From: an uncultured delta proteobacterium
GTDB lineage: Bacteria > Myxococcota_A > Polyangia > Fen-1088
NCBI GenBank assembly: GCA_963796685.1
Contig: CAWCMR010000008.1
Location: 352,001 to 416,000, forward strand
Reading direction: 5' to 3'
Length of the DNA stretch: 64,000 nucleotides
Below the pieces are notes generated by a model. It ran no database searches and was not told where the DNA came from. It saw only the letters and a list, made by a program, of their open reading frames with translations. Below, one piece after another: positions 29,598 to 43,196 of this stretch. Made by a program: the position numbers and the translations under genes. Position 1 is the stretch's first letter, and every line of letters starts with the position of its first letter.

Positions 29598-31672
29598 GTC
29601 GAGTAGCCAGGGGAGGTTACCCTCCCCCAGCTCTCACAGAACCGGACTTGTGGGCCTCACATCCGGCTCTTCGGGACGCTGGCGTTCGGGAGCGACCCGT
29701 AGTCCAGCGCCGGCATTGCTGCCCGCAGCTATCCTGGCTCCAGGGCCGGGTCCATGAAGTCCAAGGCGTGATGGTCCTTCCACCGCTCGGCCAGGCTGAC
29801 AAGCCCGCGTTCGGCAAAATATGCGTTGCGCAGTCCTCGTTCAACTACCGATGTGTGGCTCAGCGCCCACCAGGAGCGATGCCCCTTGTAGACCCCTTGC
29901 CACGCGGTTTTCGGTCTCACCCCCAGGCTGATGAGGTGTCGTGCGATGAAGCGTCTGCGTTTCCAGTGCCGTAGCACTATCGCTCGCAGCCGCCGCCTGA
30001 TGTGTGCGTCGAGTGCCTGCAGCGTCCGCTCTTCCGCGGCCGTGCAGATACAGAAGAAGCCGATCCATCCGAGCAAATACGCGTTGACCTGTTTGATGCA
30101 GCCCTTGAGGGACTGCCCAAGGTTTCGCGGCGTCAGCTCTCGGACCTTCTCGTCAATGCGGCTTTTGCTCCGCGCCGACAGCAGCACCTCCGCTTCCCCC
30201 GTCAGCGGCTCGCGCCGCAGCCGGAATCCCAGAAAGTGCCGCTCTTCCGGTCGGGCCACCGCGCTCTTGGCCAAGTTCACCTTCAACCGCATCCGGCCTT
30301 CGATGAACTTGACCACGCTGGCCATCACACGCTGACCCGAGCGCTCGCTTCCGACGTAGATGTTGCAGTCGTCCGCATAGCGCACGAAGCGGTGACCGCG
30401 TTGGGCAAGCTCGCGGTCGAGCTCGTCCAGCACGATATTGCTCAGTAACGGCGAAAGCGGACCACCTTGTGGCACTCCTTCTTCCGTCGCCACCACCACT
30501 CCGTCGGGCATCACCACCTTGGCTTTCAGCATCTGCCAGATGAGCTCGATGAGCCGCCGGTCCTTAACCCTCTGTTCTAGCCGCGCCACCAGCCGTTGCC
30601 AGTGGACCCGGTCAAAGAACTTTTCCAGGTCGAGGTCGACCACCCATTCGTACCCTTCCTCCAGATACTGCTTGGCCTCGGCGATGGCCGTGTGACAGCT
30701 GCGCCCAGGTCGGAAACCGTGGCTCGACGGGTGAAACGTCGGCTCATAATGCGGACCGAGCACTTGGTGCACGGCCTGCTGAACCACGCGGTCCACCACG
30801 TTCGGTATGCCAAGGCCCCGCCGCCCGCCACCGCTCTTCGGTATCCATACCCGCCGGATGTCTCCGACTCGGTATGTCCCGTCGAGCAGCGACCGCGACA
30901 GCGCCGGTATCAGCGTCCCCAACCCCTTCGCCACTTCCCCCACGCTTTGCCGGTCCGGTCCAGGTGCGCCTTTGTTGGCCTTCACTTGCTCGAACGCTCT
31001 TTTCAGGTTTCCTTCGCTCGCTACCTCCTCCATCGTCATGGGCGGCAAGGTCCTCTCTTCCTCGTTCCCCGACTTCGGCACCTCGCTCCGCGCAGGCACG
31101 GGTTGGCCCGGATCCGCTTGGGCGGTGGTCCCTTTCGGGTTGTCGGCTGTCTCGGGAAACAGTCCGAGCTGCCTTGCCTCTTTGCTGGCCGTGGTCGCCT
31201 TCCCTCCCCGCCTTCTGGCGGTTGGAACCGGCTTTCGCCGGCCTTCCGGTATTACGCGACCATCCGACTCCTCTTGTCCCTTCTTCATCTCGTCCTTTCG
31301 TTCTCGATGAATTCCGCTTGCGATTCCTCGCCGCGGAGGCCAAGAGGTCTCTCCGGGTAAGAACGCAGAACTTCGCACCGACTCCGTCGCCACTACGCGG
31401 GCCGCCCGACGAATATTGGGCTTTGCCGCCGAAGGCCAGCTTGCCCAGCGGTACCCACGCCTTACGGCGCTTCACTTTCGTTCGGTTCGGCGCTGCACCA
31501 TAGACTTCCACCAGACACCTCCTCGCGGGAGACGGGCCTTGCGGCCCGTCTGGCCTGGTGCTCCAGACCGGCGCCCTTGTCTCGTAGGTGGGAGGTTCCC
31601 TCCGTCAGGGTCCCCAGAGGACTTGGCTATTTCATGGCTTCACCTCTTGTTCTGCGTCCATGCCGGACGCAC
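29598..31672 (-). mobile_element. Group II intron, class IIC, copy 2 (2075 nt), apparently identical to copy 1
   Basis: Same ends and identical ORF translations; offset 2154 = 2075 + 79. Confidence 0.93.
29729..31039 (-). CDS. ltrA: Group II intron reverse transcriptase/maturase (copy 2)
   Basis: Translation identical to copy 1 (YADD); frame open to 31393. Confidence 0.93.
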   Translation of the reverse strand: MTMEEVASEGNLKRAFEQVKANKGAPGPDRQSVGEVAKGLGTLIPALSRSLLDGTYRVGDIRRVWIPKSGGGRRGLGIPNVVDRVVQQAVHQVLGPHYEPTFHPSSHGFRPGRSCHTAIAEAKQYLEEGYEWVVDLDLEKFFDRVHWQRLVARLEQRVKDRRLIELIWQMLKAKVVMPDGVVVATEEGVPQGGPLSPLLSNIVLDELDRELAQRGHRFVRYADDCNIYVGSERSGQRVMASVVKFIEGRMRLKVNLAKSAVARPEERHFLGFRLRREPLTGEAEVLLSARSKSRIDEKVRELTPRNLGQSLKGCIKQVNAYLLGWIGFFCICTAAEERTLQALDAHIRRRLRAIVLRHWKRRRFIARHLISLGVRPKTAWQGVYKGHRSWWALSHTSVVERGLRNAYFAERGLVSLAERWKDHHALDFMDPALEPG

Positions 31673-31912
31673 CTCCGTCGGGCTTAGCCCGACTGCGCTC
31701 ACGCGTTTTGAAAAGAACCCTCGGAGGGTCCTTTAAATCCCCCGCGAAGAGCTCCGTCGGGCTTAGCCCGACTGCGCTCACGCGTTTTGAAAAGAACCCT
31801 CGGAGGGTCCTTTAAATCCCCCGCGAAGAGCTTCCGTCGGGCTTAGCCCGACTGCGCCCACGCGTTTTGAAAAGAACCCTCGGAGGGTCCTTTAGATCCG
31901 GGGTCCTTTGGG

Positions 31913-32272
31913 TCACCGCTTCATGAGGATGCGAACGAGCACGGTCGCCAAGATGCCCCACGCAACGGTGGCGATGGGCCAGTAGGGCGCGGCCCGGCGG
32001 CGAACGCGCGAGAAGGTTCGCAGCCCAAGCCCCACGTTCACCGTGGAAAGAACGAGCAGAAAGGCCATCCAGGTGCGGCTCATGTCGCTGTGTCGCTGGG
32101 GTGACAGGGCGTAGGCCAGGGCGCCTACGAGAAAGATCGACCCCATCGCCGATTTCCCGATAGCCCAGCGAAGCGCACGCGCACGCAATTGGGCAGCACG
32201 CACCTGGCGCAAGGACCGCGGATTCCCGGACGAGGGAGGACCTGTCGGCTTGTCGAAGAGATCCTGGCTCAT
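31913..32272 (-). CDS. Small membrane protein (about 3 TM helices)
   Basis: Three hydrophobic segments; converges on the array. Confidence 0.6.
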   Translation of the reverse strand: MSQDLFDKPTGPPSSGNPRSLRQVRAAQLRARALRWAIGKSAMGSIFLVGALAYALSPQRHSDMSRTWMAFLLVLSTVNVGLGLRTFSRVRRRAAPYWPIATVAWGILATVLVRILMKR

Positions 32273-32337
32273 GCGCCTTGCCAAACACTAGCCTTTGTTG
32301 GCGCCACGTGCACGGACATACCGGTTTTCGCGCTAGA

Positions 32338-33069
32338 ATGCCCTCGCCCATGACCACCACGACGCACCTCGTGCTCGACATCGAAACCATACCCGACGCC
32401 GACCTGTATGCGCCCGCGCAACCGAGCCCGGGAACCGAGCGAACATTCCCACCCATCTTCGCGTGCAAGCCGGTCGTCATCGGCGTGATGTGGCTGGACG
32501 AGAACCTGGTTTGCAAGAAGACCGGCACCATCGGCGAAGGCAAGGACGAAGGCGGAATGCTGGCCGATTTCGCCGAGTTTATGGCCAAGTGGAAACCCAC
32601 CATCGTGAGCTGGAACGGCCGCGGTTTCGACCTGCCCGTGCTCATGCTGCGCAGCCTGCGCTACGGCGTCTCGGCGCCCTGGTACTATCAAAATCGCGAC
32701 TACCGCTACCGCTACAGCAACGAGGGCCACCTCGACCTGTGCGACGTGCTCGCCGATCACGGAGCTACCCGCATGACCTCCCTGCACGGCGCGGCACGGC
32801 TGATCGGCTTGCCAGGCAAGGACGGCGTCGATGGCAGCCAAGTCGAAGCCATGTATCGCACCGGCCAGATCGAGGCCCTGCGCGGCTACTGCCTGTCCGA
32901 CGTGGCACAAACCGCGTTCCTCTTCTTGCGCTACCGTCTGCTCTCCGGCCTGCTCGATCGGCCCGCCTACACCGTCGCCGCGACCAACTTGCTGGCCGCC
33001 GTTTCCGCGGATCCGCGCCTGGCCTCGCTGGTGGCACGGATCGAGCGAGACAGGCTATTGCTCGAGTAG
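32338..33069 (+). CDS. DEDD 3'-5' exonuclease, PolB-like exo2 family
   Basis: VLDIET, SWNGRGFDLPVL, HLDL, YCLSDV. Confidence 0.85.
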   Translation: MPSPMTTTTHLVLDIETIPDADLYAPAQPSPGTERTFPPIFACKPVVIGVMWLDENLVCKKTGTIGEGKDEGGMLADFAEFMAKWKPTIVSWNGRGFDLPVLMLRSLRYGVSAPWYYQNRDYRYRYSNEGHLDLCDVLADHGATRMTSLHGAARLIGLPGKDGVDGSQVEAMYRTGQIEALRGYCLSDVAQTAFLFLRYRLLSGLLDRPAYTVAATNLLAAVSADPRLASLVARIERDRLLLE

Positions 33070-33159
33070 GTGCGTGGGAATCCTCCCAGGGTTCCTCACA
33101 GGGTTCCCCTAGCATCCGGTGCGGCGTCCGTCGCGAAGGCGCGCTAGCATCCGCCTTCG

Positions 33160-35010
33160 ATGCGCGTCCTGCTCGTCACACCGCCCATGGTCCAATTCAA
33201 CACGGCCTACCCCGCCGTGCCGGCGCTCGTGGCGTTTCTGCGCGACAAGGGACACGAGGTCGCGCAGGAGGATCTGTCGCTGGCCCTGGCGCTGCGCCTG
33301 TTCTCTCCAACCGGCGTCTCGGCGATCGCGCGCGCCTTGCGCGGAAAATTCGCAGGCAAGCGCCGCCCTGCTTCGGTCCGGCATTTTCTGGCTCACACGG
33401 CTCGCATTCGCGCCGCCGTGGCGGATGCCGTGCTGCTCCTGCAGGGTCGCGCTCCGGATCTGGCGGCGCACCTGGCGTCCCCCGCGAGCCTGCCCGAGGG
33501 ACCGCGCTTCGCCGCTTTGCGCGGGCTCGTCGACGGCGAGGAGGTCGAGGTCGTCGCGCGTCACCGGGCCAGCATCTTTCTCGACGAGATCGCGGACGCC
33601 GTGCGCGAGGGCGTCGACGATCGCTTCGAGCTGGCCCGCTACGCCGAGCACCTGGCCGCCGACGCCGCCGGCTTCGATCCGCTGGCCCACGCGCTCGATC
33701 GACAGCCGACGCTTCTGGATCGCTGGATCGATGAGTTGGCCGAGCAAGCCTTCACGGCGCATCGACCCCGACTGGTGGGACTGACCGTGCCCTTCCCCGG
33801 CGCCTTCTACGGCGCATTCCGCATCGCCAGGCGCATGAAGGCGCTCGACCCCACCCTCGCGACCGTGCTCGGCGGCGGCTACGTCAACACCGAGCTGCGC
33901 GAGTTGGGCGAGCCGCGCGTGTTCGACACCTTCGACTACGTCACCTTCGACGACGGCGAGATCCCGCTCTCGAGAATCGTCGAATCGATCGCCGAGCCGA
34001 CGAGCCGAGCCGCGCTGGTGCGCACGCGGATTCGCCAACAAGGGCGCGTGGTCCTGTGTAACGACGCGACGGCTCCGCACTTGCGCCACCGCGAGCGCCC
34101 GGCCCCGGCCTTCTCCTCGCTGGCCACGGCAGGCTACATCGCCATGGCCGAGAGCCCCAATCCCATGCACCGCCTGTGGACCGAGCGACCGTGGATCAAG
34201 CTGACGCTCGCACACGGCTGCTATTGGCACCGCTGCGCCTTTTGCGACACCTCGCTCGACTACATTCGCAGCTACGATCCGGCGGACGCGGCGACCATCG
34301 TGGGTTGGATGGAGCGCACGATGGCGGACACCGGCCTTGCCGGGTTCCACTTCGTCGACGAGGCCGCGCCGCCGGCGCTGCTCGGTCATTTGTCGCGCCT
34401 GATCCTGGAGCGCGGCTTGCGCGTCGAGTGGTGGGCCAACATCCGCTTCGAAAGGAAGTTCGACCGCGAGCTCGCCGAGCTCATGGCACGCTCGGGCTGT
34501 CTGGCCATGAGCGGAGGTCTCGAGTGCGCGCACGATCGATTGCTGGAGCTCATGGACAAGGGCATCACCACGGCCCAGTCCGCGCAAGCCATGCATGCCC
34601 TCTCGGAGGCCGGTATCCTGGTTCACGCCTATCTCATGTATGGCTATCCCACGCAAACCGCACAGGAGACGGTGGACGCCCTCGATTTCGTGCGTGGCCT
34701 ATTCGCGCGAGGCAGTTTGCACTCGGCCTATTGGCATCGCTTCGCCTTGACCGCCCACAGCCCGGCATTCCGCGATCGAACCAAGCTGCGCCTGCGCATC
34801 CTCGATGCCCGCGAGGGTACGTTTTCCCGCAACGAGATCCCCTTCGACGAGCCAGGACGCCCCGATTCCGCGGCGTTCGGCGAGGGTCTGCGGCGCGCGA
34901 TCTACAACTTCATGCACGGGGTGGGGCTGGACAGCGACGTGCGGTCCTGGTTCGACTTTCCCGTTCCCCGCCCCAGCCGCCTTGGCAAGAGCCGCGCAAC
35001 GGGGGCCTAG
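33160..35010 (+). CDS. B12-binding-domain radical SAM protein
   Basis: PPMVQFNTAYPA N-terminus, GCYWHRCAFC (CxxxCxxC), FVDEAAPP, HAYLMYGYP. Confidence 0.87.
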   Translation: MRVLLVTPPMVQFNTAYPAVPALVAFLRDKGHEVAQEDLSLALALRLFSPTGVSAIARALRGKFAGKRRPASVRHFLAHTARIRAAVADAVLLLQGRAPDLAAHLASPASLPEGPRFAALRGLVDGEEVEVVARHRASIFLDEIADAVREGVDDRFELARYAEHLAADAAGFDPLAHALDRQPTLLDRWIDELAEQAFTAHRPRLVGLTVPFPGAFYGAFRIARRMKALDPTLATVLGGGYVNTELRELGEPRVFDTFDYVTFDDGEIPLSRIVESIAEPTSRAALVRTRIRQQGRVVLCNDATAPHLRHRERPAPAFSSLATAGYIAMAESPNPMHRLWTERPWIKLTLAHGCYWHRCAFCDTSLDYIRSYDPADAATIVGWMERTMADTGLAGFHFVDEAAPPALLGHLSRLILERGLRVEWWANIRFERKFDRELAELMARSGCLAMSGGLECAHDRLLELMDKGITTAQSAQAMHALSEAGILVHAYLMYGYPTQTAQETVDALDFVRGLFARGSLHSAYWHRFALTAHSPAFRDRTKLRLRILDAREGTFSRNEIPFDEPGRPDSAAFGEGLRRAIYNFMHGVGLDSDVRSWFDFPVPRPSRLGKSRATGA

Positions 35011-35170
35011 GAGACTGGTGTTAAATGGCGGACCGAGTCCTGGCGGAGCGAGGAGCCCCGGCCGCGAGGCGCGAGGAGGGCGAATACTGGACGTATTCAA
35101 CCGACGAGCAACGAAGCGGGCGGGGCCCGCAGCCCGCCAAGCGACGGGAGCCGTTTGACACCAGCCTCCT
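35009..35170. mobile_element. MITE-like non-autonomous element (162 bp)
   Basis: Terminal inverted repeats AGGAGACTGGTGTTAAATGGC (35009-35029) and GCCGTTTGACACCAGCCTCCT (35150-35170), 18/21 match; internal GAATAC-TGGAC-GTATTC palindrome. Confidence 0.65.
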
Positions 35171-35237
35171 GGTCTCGTCGCTGACCGGCGGTACTAGCCG
35201 GCTCGCATGTTCCAGGGTAACGTTCGTCCTTCAAACC

Positions 35238-37856
35238 ATGCCAAGACCTTTCGTCGCTCCAGGCACCCTGTCCCATTTCGCCCCTGATTGTCCCGCTTCC
35301 GTCACGCACCTGCGGCTCGAATTGACGCCCGATCTTCAGGCGCGAACCCTGCGCGGGAGGGTGACGCTGACCTTGCAAAGCCGCAAGGACGGTCTTCAAG
35401 CGATGGAGCTGGATGCCGTGGACATGACCTTCGCCTCCGTTCGTGTCGACGAGGCTCCCGCCAAAGCTACCCACTACGACGGCAAACGCCTGCGCGTCGA
35501 GCTCGACAAGACGCGCCGCCGCGGCGACGCCTTCGCCATTACCATCGACTACCAGTGTGCGCCCACGCGCGGGCTCTACTTCGTGGGACCGGACGAGGCG
35601 CACCCGAACCGCCCGCGCGAGTGCTGGACGCAGGGACAGGACGAGGACTCGCGCTTCTACTTTCCCTGCGTCGATGCGCCCCTCCTCAAGTCCACCAGCG
35701 AGGTACTGTGCACGGCCCCTTCGGGTCTCTTCGTCCTGTCGAACGGGGACTTGCGCGAACGCCGCGAGCTCGACAACGGCCTGACCGAGTGGCACTACGC
35801 CTTGGATTTTCCCCATTCGCCCTACCTGGTAACCCTGGTCTGCGGGGAGTTCGCCGAGATCAAGGATCGCGCCAAGGAGACCGGCGTCGACGTGTACTAC
35901 TACGGACCCAAGGGCCGCGAGGCCGATATGCGGCGTAGCTTGGCCGCCACGCCGGACCTCATCGACTTTTTCTCGAAGACCATCGGCGTGCCCTATCCGT
36001 TCGGGCGCTACAGCCAGATCTTCGTCTCGGACTTCATCTTCGGCGGCATGGAGAACACGTCCGCCACCACGCTCACCGCCGAGGCCATGCTCGACGAGCG
36101 CGCCGCCCTCGATCAGGACATGGACTACCTGGTCGCGCACGAGCTGGCCCACCAGTGGTGGGGCGACCTCGTCACCTGCCGCGAGTGGCCCGAGGCCTGG
36201 CTGAACGAGGGCTTCGCCACCTATTTCGAGTACATCTGGCGCACCCATTCGCGTGGCCGCGACGAGGCCGACATCGATCTGCTAGGCGATCTCGACGGCT
36301 ACCTCGACGAGGCCGGCGAATACCAACGCCCCATCGTGTGCCGCCAGTTCGAAGAGCCCATCGACCTTTTCGACCGCCATCTCTACGAAAAGGGCGGTCG
36401 CGTCCTGCACATGCTCCGCCACGAGATCGGCGACGCGGATTTCTTTCGTACCCTGCGCCTGTACGCCGAACGCCATGCTCGCGGTTCGGTGGAGACCCGC
36501 GATCTGGCCCGCGCGGCCGAAGAGGCATCGGGGCGCAACCTCGATCGATTCTTCCATCAATGGATCGACCACGCCGGACATCCCGAGATCGAGTGCTCCT
36601 GGCAGTGGGACGCAGACAAGCAAGTCGGCTCGCTACATGTCGAACAGAAACAGGAGGGCGACAAGACCTACGACCTGCACACCTTGGTGCGGTTCGAGCT
36701 CGCCGGACACGAACGGGACGAAGCGATTCACCTCCACGAGCGTTCGCACACCTTCGAGCTCAAGCTCGACCACGCGCCCGACCAGATCGTCTTCGACCCC
36801 GGCGACGTCCTGCTCAAGACGGTCAAGTTCGACAAACCCCGTCCGCTGTGGGTGCGACAGCTCTCGAGCGCCAGCCTGGCCGTGGACCGCGTGCTCGCGG
36901 CTCGGGCTCTCGCGGACAAGCCCGACAGCACGACGGTGGTCGCGCTGCGCGCCGCCCTCGAGACCGACCCCTTTTGGGCCGTCCAAGCCGCCGCGGCCAC
37001 GGCCCTGGGCAAGACCCGACGCCAGGACGCCCTCGACGCCCTGCTGGCGGCGCGCGAGCACAAGCTGCCCAAGGTCAGGCGCGCGATCGCGGCGGCGCTG
37101 GGCGAGTTCCGCGTCGATTTCGATCCCGGCAACACCCGAGCCGCCGAAACCTTGGAGCGCTGGGTGCGTGAGGGAGATCCCAGCCTCTTCGTCGAGGCCA
37201 ATGCGGCCCTGGCTCTCGGACGGGTACGCTCGCCGCGCGCGGTGGAGATCCTGACGTCCGCGCTCGACCGGCGGGTCTACATGGACGCCATCCGCGCCCG
37301 CGCGCTGGAGGGTTTGGGCGCGACTTCGGACGAAGCGGCCTATCCGGTAGTCGAAGCGGCGATCACCCTCAAAGCCTCGTTTCAGTCGCGTCGGGCCGCG
37401 GTCACGGCCCTTGGCCGTCTGGCAGAAGGCACCGCCCATGCTCGCCGCGCCCGCGAGCGCCTGGAGGCTTGCCTCGCCGACCCGGACTTCCGCGTCCGCA
37501 TGGATGCCGGGCTCGCGCTCGCCGAAATCGGCGATGCGCGCTCCATCTCCGCCATCGAGCGCGCACGCAGCGCCGAGCTCGACGGTCGGGTCAAGCGCCG
37601 CTATCGCAACGCAATCGCGCAGCTGCGCGAAAAGGGATCGCCCGGAGACAAGCTTCGCAAGCTCGGCGAAGAGGTCGAGCGTCTGCGCGGCGAAGCCACG
37701 CAGTTGCGTGAGCGTGTCGAGAAGCTCGAAGCGCGTCCCGAGGTCGCCAAGCCGCCCACGCCGACGGGGCACGGCCCGACACCGGCCGCGGCCAAGCGCC
37801 CGCGCCCGGGCGGCCATCGCGCCGGCCGCAAGACCATCGCGCCGCGCCGGAGGTAG
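35238..37856 (+). CDS. pepN: M1 family aminopeptidase with C-terminal HEAT repeats
   Basis: GGMEN, HELAHQW..LNEGFA, YEKG; HEAT-like repeats and coiled-coil tail. Confidence 0.88.
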   Translation: MPRPFVAPGTLSHFAPDCPASVTHLRLELTPDLQARTLRGRVTLTLQSRKDGLQAMELDAVDMTFASVRVDEAPAKATHYDGKRLRVELDKTRRRGDAFAITIDYQCAPTRGLYFVGPDEAHPNRPRECWTQGQDEDSRFYFPCVDAPLLKSTSEVLCTAPSGLFVLSNGDLRERRELDNGLTEWHYALDFPHSPYLVTLVCGEFAEIKDRAKETGVDVYYYGPKGREADMRRSLAATPDLIDFFSKTIGVPYPFGRYSQIFVSDFIFGGMENTSATTLTAEAMLDERAALDQDMDYLVAHELAHQWWGDLVTCREWPEAWLNEGFATYFEYIWRTHSRGRDEADIDLLGDLDGYLDEAGEYQRPIVCRQFEEPIDLFDRHLYEKGGRVLHMLRHEIGDADFFRTLRLYAERHARGSVETRDLARAAEEASGRNLDRFFHQWIDHAGHPEIECSWQWDADKQVGSLHVEQKQEGDKTYDLHTLVRFELAGHERDEAIHLHERSHTFELKLDHAPDQIVFDPGDVLLKTVKFDKPRPLWVRQLSSASLAVDRVLAARALADKPDSTTVVALRAALETDPFWAVQAAAATALGKTRRQDALDALLAAREHKLPKVRRAIAAALGEFRVDFDPGNTRAAETLERWVREGDPSLFVEANAALALGRVRSPRAVEILTSALDRRVYMDAIRARALEGLGATSDEAAYPVVEAAITLKASFQSRRAAVTALGRLAEGTAHARRARERLEACLADPDFRVRMDAGLALAEIGDARSISAIERARSAELDGRVKRRYRNAIAQLREKGSPGDKLRKLGEEVERLRGEATQLRERVEKLEARPEVAKPPTPTGHGPTPAAAKRPRPGGHRAGRKTIAPRRR

Positions 37857-37883
37857 GGGCGGGTTTCAGATCCGCCCCATGGG

Positions 37884-40301
<2,418 letters not shown>

Positions 40302-40392
40302 TGCACAAATCGTAGTACGCACCGAGCCCGGCTGCGACAAGTATTCGCAGCGAAAAAGTGACTATTCTCGGTGGAGGTCCGGTTCTGCCATT

Positions 40393-41583
<1,191 letters not shown>

Positions 41584-41596
41584 GTCTTCTCCTGCG

Positions 41597-43057
41597 TTAC
41601 ATGAAATATCGGCGGGCCATGTCGAGCGCGTGGTACGCAGCCGCCCTGCGAATGCGCTCGCGGTCGCCGGAAAAAAGCTTACTGGAGGACTTGGTTGGAC
41701 GCGGTCCCGCGATGGCAAAGCACACCGATCCCACCGGCTTGTCGCCGGCGGATCCGCCGGCCGGGACGCCAGGACGGCCGTCCATCTTGCTGCCGGCGAC
41801 GCCAGTGATGGACACCGCGATGGTGGCGCCCGTCAGATTCCGCGCCCCCTCCGCCATGGCACGTGCGCAAGGCTCGCTGACCGCCCCGTGCTCGCTGAGC
41901 ATCTCGGCAGGAACGCCGAGCACCTTGGTCTTGACGTCGTTGGCGTAGGCCATCACGCCTCCCAAGAAGAAATCGCTGGCCCCAGGTTCCGAGGTGAGGA
42001 GCTGGCCCGCGTAGCCTGCCGTGCACGACTCGGCCAGGGCCAAGGTGGCACCCGCCTCGCGCAGGGTCTTGCCCACCACCATGGGGAAGGTTTCCCCGTC
42101 GGTGCCATAGACCCCCTGGCCGATGCGCTTGCGCAGCTCGTGGTCGATTTGCTCCAGCACGGTCTGACTCTTGGCGAAGTCGCCCGAGCGCACCACGATC
42201 TTCACGTGGTTCTCGGGCGAGGCGGTGCGAAAGTGGACGGTCACGTCCGGGATGTTCCCGACCAGACCGACCAGACGGTGGTCGATGTGCGATTCGCCCA
42301 TCCCATAGACGTGAAAGGTCCGAACCGCGGCCCGCGGCACCCCGTGCTCGGTCATGCGCTGGACCAGGCGAGGCATGCACTGCGAGAGAAAGATGCTTTC
42401 CATCTCGCGCGGGATCCCCGGCAGAAAATACGCCTCGGCCTGTCCGACGCGGAGGCAGAAACCCGGCGCGATCCCGGCGGCGTTGGCAAAGGCAGTTGCC
42501 CCCTCGGGAACACGCACCTGGCGCATGTTGTTGGGGGTCAAGGCGAAGCCGTGGGCCGAGAACCGCTGCTTCATGGCATCGAGCGAAGGCGCGTGCTCGG
42601 TTGCTGCCACGCCAAGCAGGTCGGAAACCACATCCACCGTCCGATCGTCATCGGTCGGGCCAAGCCCGCCGGTGGCCACGATCACGGCGACCTCGCCGGC
42701 CAGACTCTCGATGGCGGCGCGGATGTCGGCCGGCGCGTCGGAAACCACGCGGTGAGCCCGAACGTCGTAACCGGCGTCGAACAGCCTATCGGACAGGAAT
42801 GCGGCGTTGGAATTCGCGATTTCCCCACGCAGCACCTCGTCACCGATGGCCAGAACCGCTGCCGTCCCGGGGGGCGGGGGCGCCTTGGTCGCCGTGACCT
42901 CGGGGTCTTTCAGCGCCGCGGGCTTGGCCCCGACCACACGCGCCTCGCTGACGGGCTTCGCCACCTTGCGGCTGGCGGCTCCCGCCTTGCGCGAGCCACC
43001 GGTGGCCGGCGCTCGTTTGACGGCTTGCTTGCTCGGTTTGCGCGCTTCGCTGGCCAT
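41597..43057 (-). CDS. cinA: Competence/damage-inducible protein CinA (MoCF-binding domain plus NMN deamidase)
   Basis: [41 protein letters not shown]; start 43057 or 43078. Confidence 0.92.
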   Translation of the reverse strand: MASEARKPSKQAVKRAPATGGSRKAGAASRKVAKPVSEARVVGAKPAALKDPEVTATKAPPPPGTAAVLAIGDEVLRGEIANSNAAFLSDRLFDAGYDVRAHRVVSDAPADIRAAIESLAGEVAVIVATGGLGPTDDDRTVDVVSDLLGVAATEHAPSLDAMKQRFSAHGFALTPNNMRQVRVPEGATAFANAAGIAPGFCLRVGQAEAYFLPGIPREMESIFLSQCMPRLVQRMTEHGVPRAAVRTFHVYGMGESHIDHRLVGLVGNIPDVTVHFRTASPENHVKIVVRSGDFAKSQTVLEQIDHELRKRIGQGVYGTDGETFPMVVGKTLREAGATLALAESCTAGYAGQLLTSEPGASDFFLGGVMAYANDVKTKVLGVPAEMLSEHGAVSEPCARAMAEGARNLTGATIAVSITGVAGSKMDGRPGVPAGGSAGDKPVGSVCFAIAGPRPTKSSSKLFSGDRERIRRAAAYHALDMARRYFM

Positions 43058-43070
43058 GCTCCGGCGGAAC

Positions 43071-43086
43071 TTAGACATTTGTTCAG
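43071..43086. promoter_or_regulatory. Putative LexA (SOS) box, Myxococcus type
   Basis: TTAGACATTTGTTCAG compared with the M. xanthus consensus CTRHAMRYBYGTTCAGS; directly upstream of cinA-recA. Confidence 0.5.
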
Positions 43087-43196
43087 TACCTTAGCGAGCG
43101 ACCTTGCGCCAGTCAACAACCACCGACAGAATCTCGGGAATCGTTCAACAAGGTTGACAAGGGGCCACCTCCGACGGTCAACTGTTGGGGCTCCCC

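Larger units (their letters stand above)
27081..31899. repeat. 79-bp double-hairpin tandem array (8 full units plus a partial ninth) interrupted by two group II introns
   Basis: Unit TTTTGAAAAGAACCCTCGGAGGGTCCTTTARATCCCCCGCGAAGAGCTCCGTCGGGCTTAGCCCGACTGCGCTCACGCG. Units: 27081-27159, 27160-27238, 27239-27318 (80 bp), 27319-27397, 27398-27443+29519-29551, 29552-29597+31673-31705, 31706-31784, 31785-31864 (80 bp), 31865-31899 (partial). Confidence 0.95.

Noticed and set aside
27575-31393. Retron, DGR or defence RT
   Set aside because: GUGCG...AC intron ends, domains V/VI and a maturase domain are present; no TR/VR pair or msr/msd is seen.
27081-31899. CRISPR array with associated RT
   Set aside because: The units are near-identical end to end, with no unique spacers and no cas genes; the RT lies inside a complete group II intron RNA.
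33070-33159. Short direct repeats CAGGGTTCC x2 and CTAGCATCCG x2
   Set aside because: Too short and too few to distinguish from chance or minor slippage.
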